A stretch of 61,860 bases of DNA, the filler included, from a bacterium (GTDB lineage: Bacteria; JAMORN01): NCBI GenBank assembly GCA_027063545.1. It is 13 parts of 13 records of this genome, joined end to end, with 100 filler letters (N's around TTAATTAATTAA, not from the genome) between each part and the next. Parts side by side here need not be neighbours in the genome. Positions count along the whole stretch, not along the records: positions 10,997 to 30,113 come from JAMORN010000267.1; positions 30,214 to 33,718 come from JAMORN010000268.1; 11 more parts are not named here. One strand, written 5' to 3'. Position 1 is the stretch's first letter. Every line of letters begins with the position of its first letter. The notes under the pieces were generated by a model, which saw only the letters and a program-made list of their open reading frames with translations, was not told the DNA's origin and did no database searches. Positions 20,850-30,628 of the stretch are shown one piece after another. A program made the translations under genes and the position numbers.

Positions 20850-21374
20850 TTAACCTTCTTTTGATTTTTTCTCTTCAATTGCTTTAATTACACCAACTAA
20901 ATTTCTTAATAAACCTGACAATACAAATACAAGTCCAGAAATAGGTGCTTGAACACCACCAACAACCCTTGCCAGTAACTCTTCTCTTGTTGGCAATTTA
21001 GAAATAGCCTCTATATCTTTATCAACATAAACCTTTCCTTGATAGTAAACAGCTTTAAATTTAGGTAAACCATTATGTTCTTTACTAAAATTATTTACAG
21101 CTTTTACTACATGAACTAAATCTTCTCCAACAACTAGAGCAGTATCCTCTTTAAGATAATCTTCTAAGCCTTCTATCTTCAAAGATTCAAAAGCTTTATT
21201 TAATATAGTATTTTTAACTACTTTAAATGTAATACCTTCCTTTTTTAAAATTCTTCTTAATTTATTATCATCCTGAGCCTTCAATCCTTTAAAAGATACT
21301 AATACTATTATTTCATTATTTTCTAACAAATCTTTTACCATATTTAACATTTCTATATTTCTCTGACTAGCCAT
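20850..21374 (-). CDS. rplJ: 50S ribosomal protein L10
   Basis: FKVVKNT and ISKLPTREELLA; operon position. Confidence 0.95.
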   Translation of the reverse strand: MASQRNIEMLNMVKDLLENNEIIVLVSFKGLKAQDDNKLRRILKKEGITFKVVKNTILNKAFESLKIEGLEDYLKEDTALVVGEDLVHVVKAVNNFSKEHNGLPKFKAVYYQGKVYVDKDIEAISKLPTREELLARVVGGVQAPISGLVFVLSGLLRNLVGVIKAIEEKKSKEG

Positions 21375-21398
21375 CTTTACACCCCTAATTTTATTTTA

Positions 21399-22088
21399 TT
21401 ACTGTAGAGATTTTGGGTTTATCTTTAATCCTGGACCCATTGTACTAGATAAGTATACTCCTTTTATATAAGTCCCCTTTGAAGTAGCAGGTTTAGCCTT
21501 TAAAACAGCATTATAAAATGTCATAAAATTTTCTTTTAAAGCTTCTTTATCAAATGATCTTTTTCCTATTATTCCGTGAAGATTTCCTGTTTTATCTACC
21601 TTAAAATTTACTTTTCCCTTCTTTATATCCGCAATTACCTTCTTTAAATCATTAGTAACTGTACCTGTTTTAGGATTTGGCATCAAACCTCTTGGTCCCA
21701 ATATTCTACCTAATTTTCCTATTGCAGACATCATATCTGGAGTAGCAACAACAGCATCAAAATCAAGCCATCCGCCTTGTATCTTAGCAATTAAATCATC
21801 TGCTCCCACATAATCAGCTCCAGCTTCTCTAGCCTCATCTGCTTTCTCACCTTTTGCAAAAACCAATATTTTCATTTTCTTTCCTGTTCCATGAGGAAGA
21901 GTAACACTACCTCTTACCATTTGATCTGATTTTCTTGGATCTACCCCTAATCTAAAAACTACATCTACGGTCTCATCAAAATTAGCCGCAGGATTTTCTT
22001 TAATAAAATCTATAGCCTCATCAACAGTATACATTTTATTTGGATCAATCTTTTCTTTTATTTTAAGATACCTTTTTCCTCTCTTCAT
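21399..22088 (-). CDS. rplA: 50S ribosomal protein L1
   Basis: [37 protein letters not shown]. Confidence 0.98.
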   Translation of the reverse strand: MKRGKRYLKIKEKIDPNKMYTVDEAIDFIKENPAANFDETVDVVFRLGVDPRKSDQMVRGSVTLPHGTGKKMKILVFAKGEKADEAREAGADYVGADDLIAKIQGGWLDFDAVVATPDMMSAIGKLGRILGPRGLMPNPKTGTVTNDLKKVIADIKKGKVNFKVDKTGNLHGIIGKRSFDKEALKENFMTFYNAVLKAKPATSKGTYIKGVYLSSTMGPGLKINPKSLQ

Positions 22089-22107
22089 AGTTATCTACCT
22101 CTCTATT

Positions 22108-22542
22108 TTATTTTTCATCATCTATTACAACAACACCCATATTCTTAGCAGTACCTTCCATCATTCTTATAGTAGCTTCTATATCATCTGTATTCATATC
22201 AACAATTTTCTTTTCAGCTAATTTTCTAAGTTGAGACCTTTTAATCTCACCTACTTTTTCTTTATTTGGTTTTCCAGAACCTTTTTCAATACCTAATTCT
22301 TTCTTTATCATATCAGCAGAAGACATTTGTTTTAATTCAAATGTAAAAGAACGATCTGAATATACTGTAATAATTACAGGTACTATTTCACCTTTTCTAT
22401 CTTGTGTCGCTGCATTAAATGCCTTACAAAATTCCATAATATTAATACCACGCTGACCTAATGCCGGACCTACAGGTGGAGCTGGTGTAGCATTCCCACC
22501 AGGAATTCTTAATCTTAACTTACCTACTTCTTCCTTTGCCAC
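22108..22542 (-). CDS. rplK: 50S ribosomal protein L11
   Basis: [27 protein letters not shown]. Confidence 0.98.
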   Translation of the reverse strand: MAKEEVGKLRLRIPGGNATPAPPVGPALGQRGINIMEFCKAFNAATQDRKGEIVPVIITVYSDRSFTFELKQMSSADMIKKELGIEKGSGKPNKEKVGEIKRSQLRKLAEKKIVDMNTDDIEATIRMMEGTAKNMGVVVIDDEK

Positions 22543-22561
22543 TTTTACTCTCCTTTTTTAT

Positions 22562-23092
22562 TTAAGACATAGGAATAACATCTTTAAATTCAACTTCTAT
22601 AGGTGTTTCCCTACCTAAAACAGTAATCATTACTTCTAATTTTCCTTTTTCATAATCTATATTATTAATTTTACCCATAAAATCTTTAAATGGTCCATTA
22701 ACAATCTTAACTGTTCCACCTTCCTCAAAATCAGATTCAAAACTCACATTATCCGGTCTCCTAATGATTTTTTGGACCTCTTTTTCACTCATCGGTTTAG
22801 GACCACGTCTATCACCAACAAATTTTACAACTCCCTCAATATTGGATATTTCATACATTAAATTTTCATCATAAACCATTTTTATAAAAACATAACTTGG
22901 TAAAACCTTTTTCTTTTTCTCCCTTATTTTTCCTCTTTCATGAACCCTAACTATATCTATTGGAACTTCTACAGATTCAATATAATCTTGTAAATTTCTT
23001 GTTTCTATCAATGTCTCTATAGCTTCTTTAACATCATCTTCCCTACCAGAAAGTGTCTGAATAGCATACCACTTTTTTATTAATTCCGCCAT
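22562..23092 (-). CDS. nusG: Transcription termination/antitermination factor NusG
   Basis: KWYAIQTLSGRE and LPSYVF; KOW motif GPFKDFMG; GRETPIEVEF. Confidence 0.96.
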   Translation of the reverse strand: MAELIKKWYAIQTLSGREDDVKEAIETLIETRNLQDYIESVEVPIDIVRVHERGKIREKKKKVLPSYVFIKMVYDENLMYEISNIEGVVKFVGDRRGPKPMSEKEVQKIIRRPDNVSFESDFEEGGTVKIVNGPFKDFMGKINNIDYEKGKLEVMITVLGRETPIEVEFKDVIPMS

Positions 23093-23104
23093 AATCTTCC
23101 CTTA

Positions 23105-23299
23105 TTATTTCATTATTTTAATAATCTGGTCTAAAAATAAATTTATCAAATAATCCACTGCAAATATGTAGATACCAAAAATAATAATTATAACAAAAAC
23201 AATCAAAGTTGAATCTATTAATTCTTTATTTGTCGGCCACTCAACTTTAGACCATTCAGTAATTACTTCTTTATAAAACTTCTTTATCTTTTCAAACAT
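23105..23299 (-). CDS. secE: Preprotein translocase subunit SecE
   Basis: EWSKVEWPT followed by one transmembrane helix; lies between tRNA-Trp and nusG. Confidence 0.92.
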   Translation of the reverse strand: MFEKIKKFYKEVITEWSKVEWPTNKELIDSTLIVFVIIIIFGIYIFAVDYLINLFLDQIIKIMK

Positions 23300-23349
23300 A
23301 CCCAACCCTATTTAAATACTTTTTAAATACTTATATAAGTTTCATTCTC

Positions 23350-23422
23350 CAGGCCCGGAGGGACTCGAACCCCCGATCTTCGGATTTGGAGTCCGATGCT
23401 TTACCAACTAAGCTACGGGCCT
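23350..23422 (-). tRNA. tRNA-Trp (CCA)
   Basis: AGGCCCGTAGCTTAGTTGGTAAAGCATCGGACTCCAAATCCGAAGATCGGGGGTTCGAGTCCCTCCGGGCCTG folds as a cloverleaf with anticodon CCA. Confidence 0.97.
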
Positions 23423-23449
23423 GTAAAAATCAATCTATACACCTCTTTT

Positions 23450-23602
23450 CTATCTAGTTTCTTTATGAATTGTATGCTTATTACAATAAGGACAATATTT
23501 TTTATACTCTACCCTTTCTGGGTGCTTTCTTTTGTTCTTTGTTGTAGTATAATTTCTATGTTTACAAACTGTACATTCCAAAGTAATAATTTCCCTAGCC
23601 AT
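23450..23602 (-). CDS. rpmG: 50S ribosomal protein L33 (Zn-binding CxxC/CxxC form); not in the ORF track
   Basis: Manual translation: [50 protein letters not shown]. Confidence 0.97.
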   Translation of the reverse strand: MAREIITLECTVCKHRNYTTTKNKRKHPERVEYKKYCPYCNKHTIHKETR

Positions 23603-23629
23603 AGCATTCTATCCTCTTCTTTATTATAA

Positions 23630-24823
23630 TTATTCTATTATCTTTGTTACTACTCCAGCTCCTACTGTCTTCCCTCCCTCTCTTATAGCAAATCTTAAAT
23701 TCTCTTCCATTGCTATCGGATATATTAACTCTATTGTCATCTTTACATTATCTCCTGGCATTACTACTTCTGTCCCCTCTGGTAATGATATTATTGTACC
23801 TGTCACGTCTGTTGTCCTAAAATAAAATTGTGGCCTATATCCTGCATGAAATGGCTTATGTCTTCCTCCCTCCTCTGGCTTCAACACATATACTTCTGCC
23901 TCAAATTTCTTATGGGGTGTTATTGTACCTGGCTGTGCTAATACCATTCCTCTCTTTACTTCTTTCTTCTCTATCCCTCTCAATAATACACCAACATTAT
24001 CTCCTGCTATCCCCTCATCTAACTCCTTCCTAAACATCTCTACTCCTGTAACTACTGTCTTCTTTGTCTCTCCTAAACCTACTATCTCTACTTCATCTCC
24101 TACCTTCACCTTCCCTCTCTCTATCCTTCCTGTCACTACTGTCCCTCTTCCTGTTATACTAAATACATCCTCTATCGGCATTAAAAATGGCTTATCTACA
24201 TCTCTTACTGGCTCTGGTATATACTCATCTAATGCATTCAATAACTTCTCTATACTTGGTAACCCTATATCACTTGTATCTCCTTCCAATGCCTTCAATG
24301 CACTACCCTTTATTACAGGTACCTCTTCTCCTGGATACCCATGCTCACTCAATAAATCCCTTACTTCCATCTCTACTAACTCTAATAACTCTGGATCATT
24401 CTCTTGATCTACCTTGTTTATATATACTACTATCGCTGGTACATTAACTTGCTTTGCTAATAACACGTGCTCTCTTGTCTGTGGCATCACTCCATCTGTC
24501 GCTGCAACCACCAATATAGCTCCATCCATCTGAGCCGCACCTGTAATCATGTTCTTTATATAATCTGCGTGTCCAGGACAATCTACGTGAGCATAATGCC
24601 TCTTATCTGTCTCATACTCTACGTGTGCTGTGTTTATTGTAATACCTCTCGCTTTCTCCTCTGGTGCATTATCTATTTCCTCATAACTCTTTTGCTCCGC
24701 CTTACCCTTCTGTGCTAAATAATGTGTTATAGCAGCTGTCAATGTAGTCTTCCCATGATCTACGTGACCTATTGTCCCTACATTTATATGTGGCTTATTC
24801 CTAACAAACTTTTCCTTTGCCAT
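23630..24823 (-). CDS. tuf: Elongation factor Tu
   Basis: [39 protein letters not shown]. Confidence 0.99.
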   Translation of the reverse strand: MAKEKFVRNKPHINVGTIGHVDHGKTTLTAAITHYLAQKGKAEQKSYEEIDNAPEEKARGITINTAHVEYETDKRHYAHVDCPGHADYIKNMITGAAQMDGAILVVAATDGVMPQTREHVLLAKQVNVPAIVVYINKVDQENDPELLELVEMEVRDLLSEHGYPGEEVPVIKGSALKALEGDTSDIGLPSIEKLLNALDEYIPEPVRDVDKPFLMPIEDVFSITGRGTVVTGRIERGKVKVGDEVEIVGLGETKKTVVTGVEMFRKELDEGIAGDNVGVLLRGIEKKEVKRGMVLAQPGTITPHKKFEAEVYVLKPEEGGRHKPFHAGYRPQFYFRTTDVTGTIISLPEGTEVVMPGDNVKMTIELIYPIAMEENLRFAIREGGKTVGAGVVTKIIE

Positions 24824-24914
24824 CCCTTCACCTCTCTTTTTTCTCGTTTATTTTCTATTTTGACGATATTATTTTTATTTTTTTATAAACACATAAGAAA
24901 TATAGCTATCTTTT

Positions 24915-24987
24915 AGCTCACGACCGGACTTGAACCGGCGACCCCGTCCTTACCAAGGACGTGCTCTACCTCCTGAGCTACGTGAGC
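24915..24987 (-). tRNA. tRNA-Thr (GGT)
   Basis: GCTCACGTAGCTCAGG...GTCCTTGGTAAGGAC...GGTTCAAGTCC...GTGAGCT. Confidence 0.96.
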
Positions 24988-25105
24988 TTTCAACAAACAC
25001 TTTTTTTCAACAAAAAAAAGCAAAATTGTAAATAAAAAAAATTACAAACAATTTATTTAAAAGAACTTAATAACTTACCATACATATCTATTTATAAATA
25101 AAAAA

Positions 25106-25179
25106 AGCGGGTGATGGGACTCGAACCCACAACCCTCGCCTTGGAAGGGCGATGCTCTAGCCAATTGAGCTACACCCGC
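25106..25179 (-). tRNA. tRNA-Gly (TCC)
   Basis: GCGGGTGTAGCTCAATTGG...TCGCCCTTCCAAGGCGA...GGTTCGAGTCC...CACCCGCT. Confidence 0.96.
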
Positions 25180-25218
25180 TTACCTTAAACAATAAAACTC
25201 CAAATTATATCTTAAATA

Positions 25219-25301
25219 TGGACGGGGGTGGATTCGAACCACCGTAGGCTTACGCCGGCAGGTTTACAGCCTGCTGCCTTTGACCGCTCGGCCACCCGTC
25301 C
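25219..25301 (-). tRNA. tRNA-Tyr (GTA)
   Basis: GGACGGGTGGCCGAGCGG...GCAGGCTGTAAACCTGC with a long variable arm and GGTTCGAATCC. Confidence 0.96.
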
Positions 25302-25316
25302 ATTTATATATATTTA

Positions 25317-25389
25317 AGCCACCAGAGGGATTTGAACCCCCGACCCGCGGTTTACAAGACCGCTGCTCTACCAACTGAGCTATGGTGGC
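25317..25389 (-). tRNA. tRNA-Thr (TGT)
   Basis: GCCACCATAGCTCAGTTGG...GCGGTCTTGTAAACCGC...GGTTCAAATCC. Completes the classic Thr-Tyr-Gly-Thr-tuf operon. Confidence 0.96.
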
Positions 25390-25430
25390 TTATATTTCGT
25401 TTCTAAAGACCTCTATTTTATACGGCTTAT

Positions 25431-25459
25431 AAAATAATTATTTAAAAAATAAATGTCAA
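25431..25459 (-). promoter_or_regulatory. Sigma70-type promoter of the tRNA-tuf operon
   Basis: TTGACA-17 nt-TATTTT about 40 nt upstream of tRNA-Thr(TGT). Confidence 0.55.
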
Positions 25460-25490
25460 TATTTTTTTTAAAAAAGATTTTAAATACTTT

Positions 25491-26114
25491 CTATAAAGTA
25501 TCTAAGAAAAATCTAATAACTTTAATATCTCTTAACATTTTTTTATTTAAAGGTAGCATAAAGATAGGGTCTTTTATTTTTTTACTTATTAGAGATTCTA
25601 CATTTTTAGGAGTAATATCATGGATATCAATTTGTTCATAAATTAAAGCACCTAGTTTATAGTTTAATAAAGTTGAATATTTAAATATGGAATCTATAGG
25701 AATATCCCGATTAAAAATATATAAAAAATTTACATTTAATCTTAAGTTTCTATTAGGGTACAGTATATCTACTTTTGTATAAATTTCATTCATATTATCT
25801 TTAATTGTCCTTATATTAATAGATGTAGTTATATTTTCTATGTTATATTTAGAATGAAAATTAAAATCTTGAGCTAAAATCTCCCGTACTTTTGAATCTG
25901 AAGTGTCTAACTTTTCTAATATTCTTTTATTTTCTGATAAAATTGAGTCTATATATAATGAATCACTCAAATTAATTTCTAATGAGTCTATATTATTTTT
26001 CATATTGGGAGGATTTTTAACATAAGATATTAAATAAAATATAAGAAATATATTAATAATTAGTAAAACAACTAATATAATAATTATAGTTTTATGTTTT
26101 TTAAATTGAACCAT
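25491..26114 (-). CDS. Hypothetical protein with N-terminal membrane anchor
   Basis: 207-aa ORF with one N-terminal hydrophobic helix; its start overlaps the stop of the LOG gene. Confidence 0.7.
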   Translation of the reverse strand: MVQFKKHKTIIIILVVLLIINIFLIFYLISYVKNPPNMKNNIDSLEINLSDSLYIDSILSENKRILEKLDTSDSKVREILAQDFNFHSKYNIENITTSINIRTIKDNMNEIYTKVDILYPNRNLRLNVNFLYIFNRDIPIDSIFKYSTLLNYKLGALIYEQIDIHDITPKNVESLISKKIKDPIFMLPLNKKMLRDIKVIRFFLDTL

Positions 26115-26745
26115 AAAATCTTTTCACCTCTTCTAAACTTTCCTCTGGGGTTTCAACTATTCTAAATAGATCCATATCCTCAGGAGATATTAACTTCCTT
26201 TCTTTTAAATACTGCTCTATCCACTCAATTAGTGGAAGCCAAAACTCTTTTCCAAATAAAACTATTGGAATTCTTTCTATTCTATGGGTCTGAACCAATG
26301 TTATCACTTCAAAAAGTTCATCTAATGTTCCAAAACCACCCGGAAAAACCAAAACTGCCTTTGTATATTTTATAAACATTACCTTTCTTACAAAAAAATA
26401 CTTAAATGTTAAGAGTTTTGTTATATATTTGTTTGGCCTTTGCTCAAATGGAAGTTTTATATTAAGACCTATTGTTTCTTTTTCAACCTCATAAGCGCCC
26501 CTATTCCCTGCTTCCATAATACCAGGACCACCGCCAGTAATAACAGTATATCCATTTTTAGCAAATAAAGAAGCAGTTTCTTTTGCAAGTTTATAATATT
26601 TATCATTCTCCTTTAATCTTGCAGATCCAAATATTGTCACTGCCTTCTCTATACCACTTAAATTATCTATACCTTCAATAAATTCTCCCATTATCCTTAA
26701 TACTCTCCAAGACTCTTCTATATCAGGCATATCTTTTATATTCAT
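26101..26745 (-). CDS. LOG family protein (TIGR00730-like nucleotide phosphoribohydrolase)
   Basis: VTIFGSAR, ITGGGPGIMEAGNRGA, FFVRKVMF, PGGFGTLDELFE. Confidence 0.93.
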   Translation of the reverse strand: MNIKDMPDIEESWRVLRIMGEFIEGIDNLSGIEKAVTIFGSARLKENDKYYKLAKETASLFAKNGYTVITGGGPGIMEAGNRGAYEVEKETIGLNIKLPFEQRPNKYITKLLTFKYFFVRKVMFIKYTKAVLVFPGGFGTLDELFEVITLVQTHRIERIPIVLFGKEFWLPLIEWIEQYLKERKLISPEDMDLFRIVETPEESLEEVKRFYGSI

Positions 26746-26772
26746 TCTACTTCTCCTTTTTTCATTCTTTTT

Positions 26773-27846
26773 TTATATAAGATAATATACTAAACTATTA
26801 AACAACTTCCAACCCTTAATTGTCGGTTTAATTTTATTTTTTTCTATATAAATAAATCCTTCCTTTTCTAAAAAAGAAATATACTCTTTTTTAACTAAAC
26901 TTATATCAATACCCTCATAAAATCTTAGACCTAAAAAAATCTCTTCCTCTCTTATTTCTTCTTTATTTAATTTATTAGAACTTTTAAATTTATCTAAAAT
27001 ACTATTTGTAAAAAAATCATTAAAATCATAACTGTAATAAAATCTTCTCTCTTTAAAAAAACTATGGCTTGCTGGACCCAAACCTATATAATACTCTCTC
27101 CTCCAATATTTTATATTATGAATAGAAAAATATCCTCTTTCCCCATAATTTGATACTTCATAATGAATAAAGCCTAACTCCCTTAGTTTCATATCAATAT
27201 AATCATAAAGATAATCAAATTCCTCCTCATCTATCTTTATATTATCCTTATAAAATTTTGTTCCTTCTTCTATTGTTAATTCATAAAAAGAAGCATGGGG
27301 TATTTTAAATTTTTTTATATAAAAAATTGCATCATCAACCAACTTTTTATTATTAAACCCAGGGATATTATAAATAATATCAATACTAAAATTATCGTAC
27401 TCCCTTGACAATAACTCCAATGTTTTAATATTATCCTCTTTTGAATGTACTCTTCCTAAAAATTTTAAAACATTATCATTAAAATTCTGAATCCCCAAAG
27501 AAATTCTTGTAATACCAATCTCTTTATACAATCTAAAATCTTCAACAGTTTTAGGATTAACCTCTAAGGTAATCTCTTTTATTTGAGTGTTTTTATATCT
27601 AAAAATTTCATTTAATATTCTATCTAAATCTCTAATATCAATAAGAGAAGGGGTTCCTCCTCCAAAATAAACAGTATCTATTTTATACTCTTCAAACTCT
27701 GGAAGTTGATTTAAAAGTTTTATATCACTTATTAATTTCTCTATATATTTACTGTAAAGAGCATCTTTGAATCTTACAGAGAAAAACTTACAATAAAAAC
27801 ATTTACTTAAACAAAAGGGAAAATGTATATAAAGTCCTACATTCAT
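26773..27846 (-). CDS. hemW: Radical SAM heme chaperone HemW (HemN-like)
   Basis: LYIHFPFCLSKCFYC, YFGGGTPS, HYEVSN, HNIKYW, YIGLGPASHS. Confidence 0.88.
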   Translation of the reverse strand: MNVGLYIHFPFCLSKCFYCKFFSVRFKDALYSKYIEKLISDIKLLNQLPEFEEYKIDTVYFGGGTPSLIDIRDLDRILNEIFRYKNTQIKEITLEVNPKTVEDFRLYKEIGITRISLGIQNFNDNVLKFLGRVHSKEDNIKTLELLSREYDNFSIDIIYNIPGFNNKKLVDDAIFYIKKFKIPHASFYELTIEEGTKFYKDNIKIDEEEFDYLYDYIDMKLRELGFIHYEVSNYGERGYFSIHNIKYWRREYYIGLGPASHSFFKERRFYYSYDFNDFFTNSILDKFKSSNKLNKEEIREEEIFLGLRFYEGIDISLVKKEYISFLEKEGFIYIEKNKIKPTIKGWKLFNSLVYYLI

Positions 27847-28982
27847 AACATTTTTAATATCTCAATCCAATCTTTTATTACCTTAGGAATAATATCTGGT
27901 GGTAGAAAGAATCTACTACTATGCCAGGGATAAAACCTATCCTTTCCATTATTTATCCCAAAAAACACATAAAAAATCTCTGTATATTTGCCAAAATAAG
28001 AAAATGTTTCCCCTCCCAAAGAAGGCTCAATCTCTTTATACTTTATATTTAAATTATCAAATAAATCCTTAATCTTACTATAAACCAAACTTGAGTTTTC
28101 AAGTATTGGATAAAAACTTTCAAATACATTAATCTTATAATTAATCCCTACAAACTTAGAAACACTCTCAAGTAAAACTAAAAATTTATCTTCTAAAAGT
28201 TTTACATTTTCTCTATTTAATGTTCTCAGTGTCCCTTTAAAGTTTAATCTATCTGGTATTATATTAAAAACTTCACCAGCTTTAACACTTCCTATAGAAG
28301 CAATTGTAGAAGAGGTTGGAGAAGTAAATCTTGAAATTAATCCTTGAAGTTGTGTATTAAATAAACTAAAAGCATATATAGGATCCTCACCCTCATGAGG
28401 ATAGGCTGCATGTGTTGATGAGCCAATAAAATCTATATCAAACTCATAAACCTCTGCCATTATAGGACCTTTTCTTATTCCATAAACCCCATAATCTAAA
28501 AATGGATGATTATGAAAAGCAATAATAAAATCCACATTTTTAAGAAACTCTTTATCATCCTCTACTATAAATCTAGCACCTCCTGGAGGTGATTCTTCTG
28601 ATGGCTCAAAATAAAAAACAATATTATAATCTAAATCTAATCTTGAAAGTTCTACAATTAAACCAACAAGAATTGAAATATGGCTATCATGACCACAAGC
28701 ATGCATTCTTCCACTTATTTTTGATTTATACTCCAAAGAAGTCTCTTCATTTATCGGCAAAGCATCAAGTTCGCTTCTAAAACCAATTACTCTATCTTTT
28801 CCATTATTTATAAAAACTTTAAGGCCATTTTTTCCAATCTCTGCAATTTCAATATGATCCATATTGGAAAACTCTTTTATATAAGAGATAACTCTATCTT
28901 TTGTTCTATCTACCTCAAATCCTATCTCTGGATTGGAATGAATATCTTTAAAAAACTCAATAATACTAGCTTCTTTTCTCAT
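27843..28982 (-). CDS. M20D-family amidohydrolase
   Basis: HSNPEIGFE, ELDALP, MHACGHD, FEPSEE, HAAYPH. Confidence 0.9.
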   Translation of the reverse strand: MRKEASIIEFFKDIHSNPEIGFEVDRTKDRVISYIKEFSNMDHIEIAEIGKNGLKVFINNGKDRVIGFRSELDALPINEETSLEYKSKISGRMHACGHDSHISILVGLIVELSRLDLDYNIVFYFEPSEESPPGGARFIVEDDKEFLKNVDFIIAFHNHPFLDYGVYGIRKGPIMAEVYEFDIDFIGSSTHAAYPHEGEDPIYAFSLFNTQLQGLISRFTSPTSSTIASIGSVKAGEVFNIIPDRLNFKGTLRTLNRENVKLLEDKFLVLLESVSKFVGINYKINVFESFYPILENSSLVYSKIKDLFDNLNIKYKEIEPSLGGETFSYFGKYTEIFYVFFGINNGKDRFYPWHSSRFFLPPDIIPKVIKDWIEILKML

Positions 28983-28986
28983 ATTT

Positions 28987-29769
28987 TTATCCTTTTTCTA
29001 ATTTTCTTTTTGCAAAGATTAAATAAGCAGTATGAGCACTCATAATGTCCTCAGGTCTAAATCTTTCTGGAACAATTTTATAGTTTCTTACTAATATCTC
29101 TTTTACCTCTATAGAATCAAAATAAATTCTTATATTTTTAAGTAAGTCTATTACCTGATTAGTGGTTGGAAGAAGAAAACAAACATTTGCAGAAGGTTTT
29201 AAAACATCAAAAAGCTCATTAAGTATAGGATTTGGTTCTCGTATATCAACAAAAGCCTTATCTATCTTTAAATCCTTAAACTCTTTTTGGAAGTTCTTTA
29301 AATTAAACTCCTGATTTAAAAGGGTAATATTATCATATATTTTAAACTTTTCAATATTCTTCTTTGCGTTTTTATAAAGTCGCTCTTCCTTTTCAAAGGA
29401 TATTAGTTTTCCACTTTCCTTTAGAAGATAAGAAAAAACTAAACTAGCAGCCCCACTTCCTGTCCCAAACTCAAGCATTACATCATTTTCTAATATATTT
29501 AACTTACTAGCAATATAAAAACTATCCTTAGGATAGACTATTTGGGTCAAACGATTTATACCATACAGTATTATATCCTCTATTGTTGGCTTAAATATTG
29601 TTATCTCCCCTATTTTTATACCATAAGGCTTTCCTATTAAATCCTTATATTGAATATTTCCTTTTTTATAAGAAAAATTATGCTCAATATTTACCCTTTT
29701 TAAATACCTTTTATCATCATAATTTATTAATATCCAATCACCCTCTTTAATTAACTCCAAACCTTTCAT
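28987..29769 (-). CDS. trmI: tRNA (adenine58-N1)-methyltransferase TrmI (GCD14 family)
   Basis: RLTQIVYPKD, EFGTGSG, FVDIREP, RPEDIMSAHTAYLIFA. Start moved to the ATG at 29769, downstream of GAGAGG. Confidence 0.88.
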   Translation of the reverse strand: MKGLELIKEGDWILINYDDKRYLKRVNIEHNFSYKKGNIQYKDLIGKPYGIKIGEITIFKPTIEDIILYGINRLTQIVYPKDSFYIASKLNILENDVMLEFGTGSGAASLVFSYLLKESGKLISFEKEERLYKNAKKNIEKFKIYDNITLLNQEFNLKNFQKEFKDLKIDKAFVDIREPNPILNELFDVLKPSANVCFLLPTTNQVIDLLKNIRIYFDSIEVKEILVRNYKIVPERFRPEDIMSAHTAYLIFAKRKLEKG

Positions 29770-30026
29770 ATCATTAAAAAACCTCTCATTTTTATTTTTC
29801 CGTTTATCTTTTTTATTCAAAAATAATTTATTGTAAAACAAAAAATTAAATTTTATTTTATAATATGGGATTTGTGAAAAAAATCATAAAAAATTCAAAA
29901 CGTTCAAAACTCTGTTTTTGTTGGTGGGACGGATGGGGAAAATAGTTTTTTGTCTTCTTTAAATTTTTTTCTTATTAAAAAATAAAAAAGTCTTTTATTA
30001 ATAGTTTAATTAAAAAAGGAGGGAAC

Positions 30027-30113
30027 ATGGAGAAACTAAAAATGCTTCCTACTTCTATTTTTGCTTCTATTATGGGTACTGGTATTTTATCTGTTTGTCT
30101 ATATTTAGGTGGA
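30027..30113 (+). CDS. TDT/SLAC1-family transporter, N-terminal fragment (3' truncated)
   Basis: AGGAGG RBS followed by MEKLKMLPTSIFASIMGTGILS; FAxxMGTG is typical of the first TDT helix. Confidence 0.6.
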
Positions 30114-30214
30114 NNNNNNNNNNNNNNNNNNNNNNNNNNNNNNNNNNNNNNNNNNNNTTAATTAATTAANNNNNNNNNNNNNNNNNNNNNNNNNNNNNNN
30201 NNNNNNNNNNNNNT

Positions 30215-30628
30215 TTAGATCCTTATTTTCATTTTCCTTATATATTTGGTGGTATAGTTCTTTCTGAAGAGTTAGGACAACCAAAATTAGCTATTGATTT
30301 ATTATATAAGGGATATATGTATATTGATAATGATTGGAGAATTCCCTTTTTTATAGGTTATAATTACTTTTTATATTTAAATAATAAGAAAATGGCGGCT
30401 AGATTTATAAAAATTGCTTCAGAATATAAAAATTCACCAGAATATTTGAAAGGATTATTTATATTATTATTATATGAAGAAGGCGAAAAGAAAATAGCAG
30501 AAGTTTTTCTAAAACAAGCACAACAATTTATTAAAGATGAAGCTGTTATACAATCTTTAGAAAAGAAGATAAAAGAATATGATAAAAAAGCTCATAAAGA
30601 TTCTACTATTAATAATTTTAATAATTAG
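30215..30628 (+). CDS. TPR-like protein resembling type IV pilin accessory proteins (5' truncated)
   Basis: Frame open from the contig edge: LDPYFHFPYIFGGIVL...AIDLLYKG...WRIPFFIGYNYF...AARFIKIAS...SPEYL. Confidence 0.55.
   Translation, partial: LDPYFHFPYIFGGIVLSEELGQPKLAIDLLYKGYMYIDNDWRIPFFIGYNYFLYLNNKKMAARFIKIASEYKNSPEYLKGLFILLLYEEGEKKIAEVFLKQAQQFIKDEAVIQSLEKKIKEYDKKAHKDSTINNFNN

Noticed and set aside
21375-21398. L10 leader RNA upstream of rplJ
   Set aside because: The rplA-rplJ gap is only 24 nt and no leader structure is visible.
12401-24916. Many plus-strand ORFs opposite rpoC, rpoB, rplL, rpmG and tuf (also opposite clpB, cheB, nifJ, trpD and recB)
   Set aside because: They are antisense shadows of well-conserved genes, with Ser/Ile/Leu-rich composition and no motifs.
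29915-29945. G-rich patch TTGGTGGGACGGATGGGG upstream of the TDT transporter, as a possible riboswitch (e.g. fluoride)
   Set aside because: I could find no complementary stem or recognisable riboswitch consensus.
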